From the NCBI RefSeq assembly GCF_000008665.1, contig NC_000917.1, positions 1,110,001 through 1,142,000 on the forward strand: a stretch of 32,000 nucleotides of DNA, written 5' to 3'. The notes under the pieces were generated by a model. It searched no databases and had not been told where the DNA came from. It saw only the letters and a list, made by a program, of their open reading frames with translations. Numbering within the stretch: the stretch's first letter is position 1; every line of letters starts with the position of its first letter. Positions 28,787-32,000 of the stretch are shown piece by piece. This stretch comes from Archaeoglobus fulgidus DSM 4304 (GTDB lineage Archaea > Halobacteriota > Archaeoglobi > Archaeoglobales > Archaeoglobaceae). The position numbers and the translations under genes were made by a program.

Positions 28787-29035
28787 CCTGCCCTCGGAGT
28801 AGACCTCCACCTTCACTTTGCTGCAGTTTAGCGGAATCTCAACAATGCTGCCGTGCAGTAGAGCTTCTTCGCCGCACCCTTTAACCTTCACAGCTGGATT
28901 TTCAAATCCTCTCAGGATTAGCTTTTTTCCCTCGATATCCACTGTCCTCAGTTCGGGATTTGCCTGGCTCATCACGAGGTGATAGGTTGCGAGGCCTACT
29001 AACGCAATGAACAGCACTGCAATTGCTGCACGCAT
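28751..29035 (-). CDS. Hypothetical membrane-anchored/secreted small protein
   Basis: From the ATG at 29035: MRAAIAVLFIALVGLATYHLVMSQ hydrophobic N-terminus, then a small soluble domain with two cysteines. Convergent overlap with larB. Confidence 0.55.
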   Translation of the reverse strand: MRAAIAVLFIALVGLATYHLVMSQANPELRTVDIEGKKLILRGFENPAVKVKGCGEEALLHGSIVEIPLNCSKVKVEVYSEGRLVFSSSLSLNP

Positions 29036-29096
29036 GCAAGCTTGAGTCGACAGCACCAAACAAAAACTTTACTTTCAGCTGTGCATTTACACCAAC

Positions 29097-29738
29097 ATGA
29101 TTTTTGCTGCCATAAAAAACCATCCCGCGGAGGGTCTGGGATACCTCGAAGAGGTGCTCAGCAGAGAGGGCGTGGATTACTACTACGTAGAGGCCTATTC
29201 TGAAACAAAAATGGCAGATTTTGACGCTATCGTTATTCTTGGAGGGCCGATGGGAGTTTATGAGGCTGAGAAGTACCCCTTTTTGAAGTGGGAAATGGAT
29301 CTGATAAGAAAAACGTACAGGGAGAAGCCGGTGATGGGAATCTGCCTCGGGGCTCAGCTTATTGCAGCATCTCTCGGCGGAAGGGTTTATCCTTACATCA
29401 TGGAAATAGGGTGGAGAAGGGTCAGAAGGGTGGCGGATGTTCCTCTGCCGGACGAAATAGAGGTTTTCCAGTGGCACGGAGACACCTTCGACCTGCCGCG
29501 GAACGCAGAGCTAATTTACGAGGGGGAGGAGGTGAAAAATCAGTGCTTTATTGCGGAAAAAGCCCTGGGCCTTCAGTTCCACGTCGAGATGACACTTGAG
29601 CTTATTGAGAAGTGGGTTTCAAAGGATAAAACACTGAGTGAGGAGGAGAAAAAGAGAATTGTGGAGGAGAGCAGGGAGAAAATAAAAGCCCACAACGAGC
29701 TGTGCGAAAAATTTGTGGAGTTCTTCCTCACTCTTTAG
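29097..29738 (+). CDS. Class I glutamine amidotransferase-like protein (stand-alone GATase1)
   Basis: IVILGGPMGVYEAEKYPFLKWEMDLIR, VMGICLGAQLIAASLGGRVYP, FQWHGDTFDLP, LGLQFHVEMT. Confidence 0.9.
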   Translation: MIFAAIKNHPAEGLGYLEEVLSREGVDYYYVEAYSETKMADFDAIVILGGPMGVYEAEKYPFLKWEMDLIRKTYREKPVMGICLGAQLIAASLGGRVYPYIMEIGWRRVRRVADVPLPDEIEVFQWHGDTFDLPRNAELIYEGEEVKNQCFIAEKALGLQFHVEMTLELIEKWVSKDKTLSEEEKKRIVEESREKIKAHNELCEKFVEFFLTL

Positions 29739-30951
29739 CTTCAATCTCTTTTATTTTCAGGTAGAGCAGTGGGAGGAAGAGGCCCACATCTGTAACGACC
29801 CCTATGGCCTGATGCGTTCCCCTGTCCATGAGCTTCGTCACCGTTGAAGGGTTCATGTCAACGCAGATTGTTTTGACATATGATGGCAGAAGGTTGCCAA
29901 CGGCGATGCTGTGAAGCATCGTTGCGAGCATTATAACCATGTTTATTCCCCTCAGAGCCTCCTTCATCTTCTTCTTCGCCACCATGACGTCTGTGATGAC
30001 CTCAGGAAGCGGGCCGTCATCTCTTATTGAGCCTGCAAGGATGAAGGGAACATTGTTCTTAACGCACTCGTACATTATGCCGTCCTTGATTATCCCCTTC
30101 TCTATGGCCTTCTTTATGCCCCCAGCAGCGATAACCTTGCTTATGGTGTAGAGGTGGTGTCTGTTTCCTCCTGGCACTGGCCTGCCCTTGCAGATGTCCA
30201 TTCCAAGGGAGGTGCCGAAGATTGAGATTTCGATGTCGTGCACGGCTAAAGCATTCCCTGAAAGGAGCAAATCAACGTAACCGTCCCTTATCAGGGCGGC
30301 CAAGGCATTTCTGGCTGAGGTGTGGTCAACTGCCGGACCAGCGACGACCGCAATCTTCCCGCCCTTGAGCTTCAGCTCGTAAATCTCCCTTGCAATTGCC
30401 TCAATCATCCTCTCGGTCGGCCTTTCCGAGGAAACTCTGCCCCCCATGAACTCAAAAACGGTCGATTTTCTCGGCCTCTCTGGAGGGACGACCCTCACAC
30501 CCTTCTCGCCCACCACAACCCTGTCGCCCCTGACGACCTCATCGATTGGTATGCAGTAAGCCCTCCCATCCCTGATAACTATCACTCTGTCCATGCTGAT
30601 GTCCTCAACTGGCAGCCACTCTCCGCCGTATCTAACGAATGTGGGGTGGTTTGTAGTCACATAAAAGCCGTCGGGGAGAACCTTGTCAGCAGGAGCTTCG
30701 GCTAGCTCAACCTCCTCTATATCGGGAATCCTCGCCCCTATTTTGTGAAGCTCCTTCAGAATCTGCTCAAGGTGAGCGTCATCCCTCCCAAAGACTATCA
30801 TCCTTGCATAGCTCGGGTCATCTTTCTTTTTACCTACTCTGAACTCCAGAATCTCGAACTCGCCATCAAGGTCGAGTATAATGTCCAGTGCCTTCGTAAA
30901 AATCATGGAGTCAATCAGATGCCCCTCAAACTCAACCTCTCTTGCCTTCAT
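29728..30951 (-). CDS. LOR/SDH-domain protein of the TIGR00300 type, related to archaeal ornithine cyclodeaminase
   Basis: VEFEGHLIDSMIFTKALDIILDLDGEFEILEFRVGKKKDDPSYARMIVFG N-terminal domain; GRPVPGGNRHHLYTISKVIAAGGIKKAIEKGIIKDGIMYECVKNNVPFILAGSIRDDGPLPEVITD. Confidence 0.85.
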   Translation of the reverse strand: MKAREVEFEGHLIDSMIFTKALDIILDLDGEFEILEFRVGKKKDDPSYARMIVFGRDDAHLEQILKELHKIGARIPDIEEVELAEAPADKVLPDGFYVTTNHPTFVRYGGEWLPVEDISMDRVIVIRDGRAYCIPIDEVVRGDRVVVGEKGVRVVPPERPRKSTVFEFMGGRVSSERPTERMIEAIAREIYELKLKGGKIAVVAGPAVDHTSARNALAALIRDGYVDLLLSGNALAVHDIEISIFGTSLGMDICKGRPVPGGNRHHLYTISKVIAAGGIKKAIEKGIIKDGIMYECVKNNVPFILAGSIRDDGPLPEVITDVMVAKKKMKEALRGINMVIMLATMLHSIAVGNLLPSYVKTICVDMNPSTVTKLMDRGTHQAIGVVTDVGLFLPLLYLKIKEIEAKE

Positions 30952-31718
30952 ACAATCACCCTCATCAGGTAATCCCTGCTTTCAATTATGGATTTTTCCT
31001 CTCTTGTCTCAATGGTTAAAAAACCTGTGTATCTGTTCAGGTTGAATTTACTCAAATCAACAGTTCCGCGGCCGAGAGCTAAATGCTGGTCTGCGGTGCC
31101 GTCGTTGTCGTGCAGGTGCATGTTAACAACTCTGTCGAAGTTTTTGAGGAAGAAGGGGTTTTCCCGTATGTTGTAGTGCCCTACGTCTATCGTGAGCCCG
31201 AGTGTGGTTTTGCCCATTATCTCATTCAAAGCCCTCTCCAGACCGTCTTCTATCATGATAGTGTTTTCGAGAGCGAGCTGAACTGGGCAGGTTTTTACGA
31301 AGGGCAGGAACTCATTCAACAGAACGCTCTCGTTGTGCCTGTCGAAAAGGGATTTGTTGAAGTAGAAATTGCCGTTGTTTATGAAGGCCGGATTCCAGCC
31401 TATGTGGAACGTCACCACCTCCGCCCCGCACTTCTCGGCAAAGTAGCAGACCTTGCTCATCTCCTTGTAGCTGGCCTTTCTCATCTCATTGCTTATCGAA
31501 ATGAAGTTCGTGCTCGTTGCCGGGGCGTGGATGAGCAAGTCCAGATCATAGCTCCACTTCAACTCAATTACCTCAGCAAAGCTCAGATTTTCAAGAGAGT
31601 AGAGGGGGTGGTCCATCAGAATCTCGACATGGGTGAAACCGTTGTTTGCGGCGAACTCAAAGGCCTCTTTCGGAGAGTGCCTCACATCGGGCTGCATTCC
31701 GAGCTTCGCCGATATCAC
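30948..31718 (-). CDS. TIM-barrel protein of the AP endonuclease 2 / sugar phosphate isomerase-epimerase superfamily; GTG start
   Basis: HVEILMDHPLYS, LLIHAPATSTN, VTFHIGWNPAF, LALENTI, LGLTIDVGHYNI, NMHLHDNDGTADQHLALGRGTVDL, LTIETRE. Confidence 0.85.
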   Translation of the reverse strand: MISAKLGMQPDVRHSPKEAFEFAANNGFTHVEILMDHPLYSLENLSFAEVIELKWSYDLDLLIHAPATSTNFISISNEMRKASYKEMSKVCYFAEKCGAEVVTFHIGWNPAFINNGNFYFNKSLFDRHNESVLLNEFLPFVKTCPVQLALENTIMIEDGLERALNEIMGKTTLGLTIDVGHYNIRENPFFLKNFDRVVNMHLHDNDGTADQHLALGRGTVDLSKFNLNRYTGFLTIETREEKSIIESRDYLMRVIV

Positions 31719-32000
31719 GGTTCCACCATCGTCCCGATTCCCTCTTTAGTGAAAAGCTCTATCAGTATGGAATGGGGACGTGAGCCGTCGATTATGTGGG
31801 CCCTCTCAACTCCGCTTTTCAGAGCCTTAATGACGGCATCGACCTTGGGTATCATGCCTCCCCTTATGACTCCCTTGCTTCTCATGTTCTCGAGCTCTGA
31901 CAGCCGGATTCTGGAAATCAGCGTTGATTTGTCATCCGGATTCTCGAGTATTCCCGGAACGTCGGTTAGCATGATGAGCTTCTTCGCCTTCAAAGCTGCA
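31715..32000 (-). CDS. argB: Acetylglutamate kinase, truncated at the window edge (C-terminal part present)
   Basis: AKKLIMLTDVPGILENPDDKSTLISRIRLSELENM...GVIRGGMIPKVDAVIKALKSGVERAHIIDGSRPHSILIELFTKEGIGTMV. Confidence 0.93.
   Translation of the reverse strand, partial: AALKAKKLIMLTDVPGILENPDDKSTLISRIRLSELENMRSKGVIRGGMIPKVDAVIKALKSGVERAHIIDGSRPHSILIELFTKEGIGTMVEP

Overview
The window looks like an archaeal (euryarchaeal, Archaeoglobus-like) chromosome segment. The taxon is inferred from protein content and from my recollection of the A. fulgidus SRP19 sequence; no search was run. Most of it is ordinary housekeeping: hemC (partial), uroporphyrinogen-III methyltransferase, a KhtT/KhtU-like K+/H+ antiporter pair, a MiaB-like methylthiotransferase, pycB, argF, a Trm-G10 methylase, srp19, purQ, a purE-purC-carA-carB-larB string, an archaeal ornithine cyclodeaminase-like gene, and argB (partial). 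No rRNA, tRNA, CRISPR or intact mobile element was recognised. The least ordinary parts are: (i) a decayed or frameshifted locus at about 20.0-22.0 kb, with a short hydrophobic Cys-rich ORF followed by broken ABC permease and ABC ATPase fragments; (ii) two genes that look like in-frame internal deletions, a K+ channel that runs from the TVGYGD filter straight into an RCK/TrkA-C tail, and an acyl-CoA synthetase with its middle missing; (iii) a divergent regulator / multi-Cys ferredoxin / flavin oxidoreductase cluster; (iv) a DNA-binding regulator heading the nucleotide biosynthesis string, with a perfect palindrome between its TATA box and start; (v) a translationally overlapping argB / TIM-barrel / LOR-SDH gene trio. 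I found no convincing intact, wholly novel defence or mobile system.
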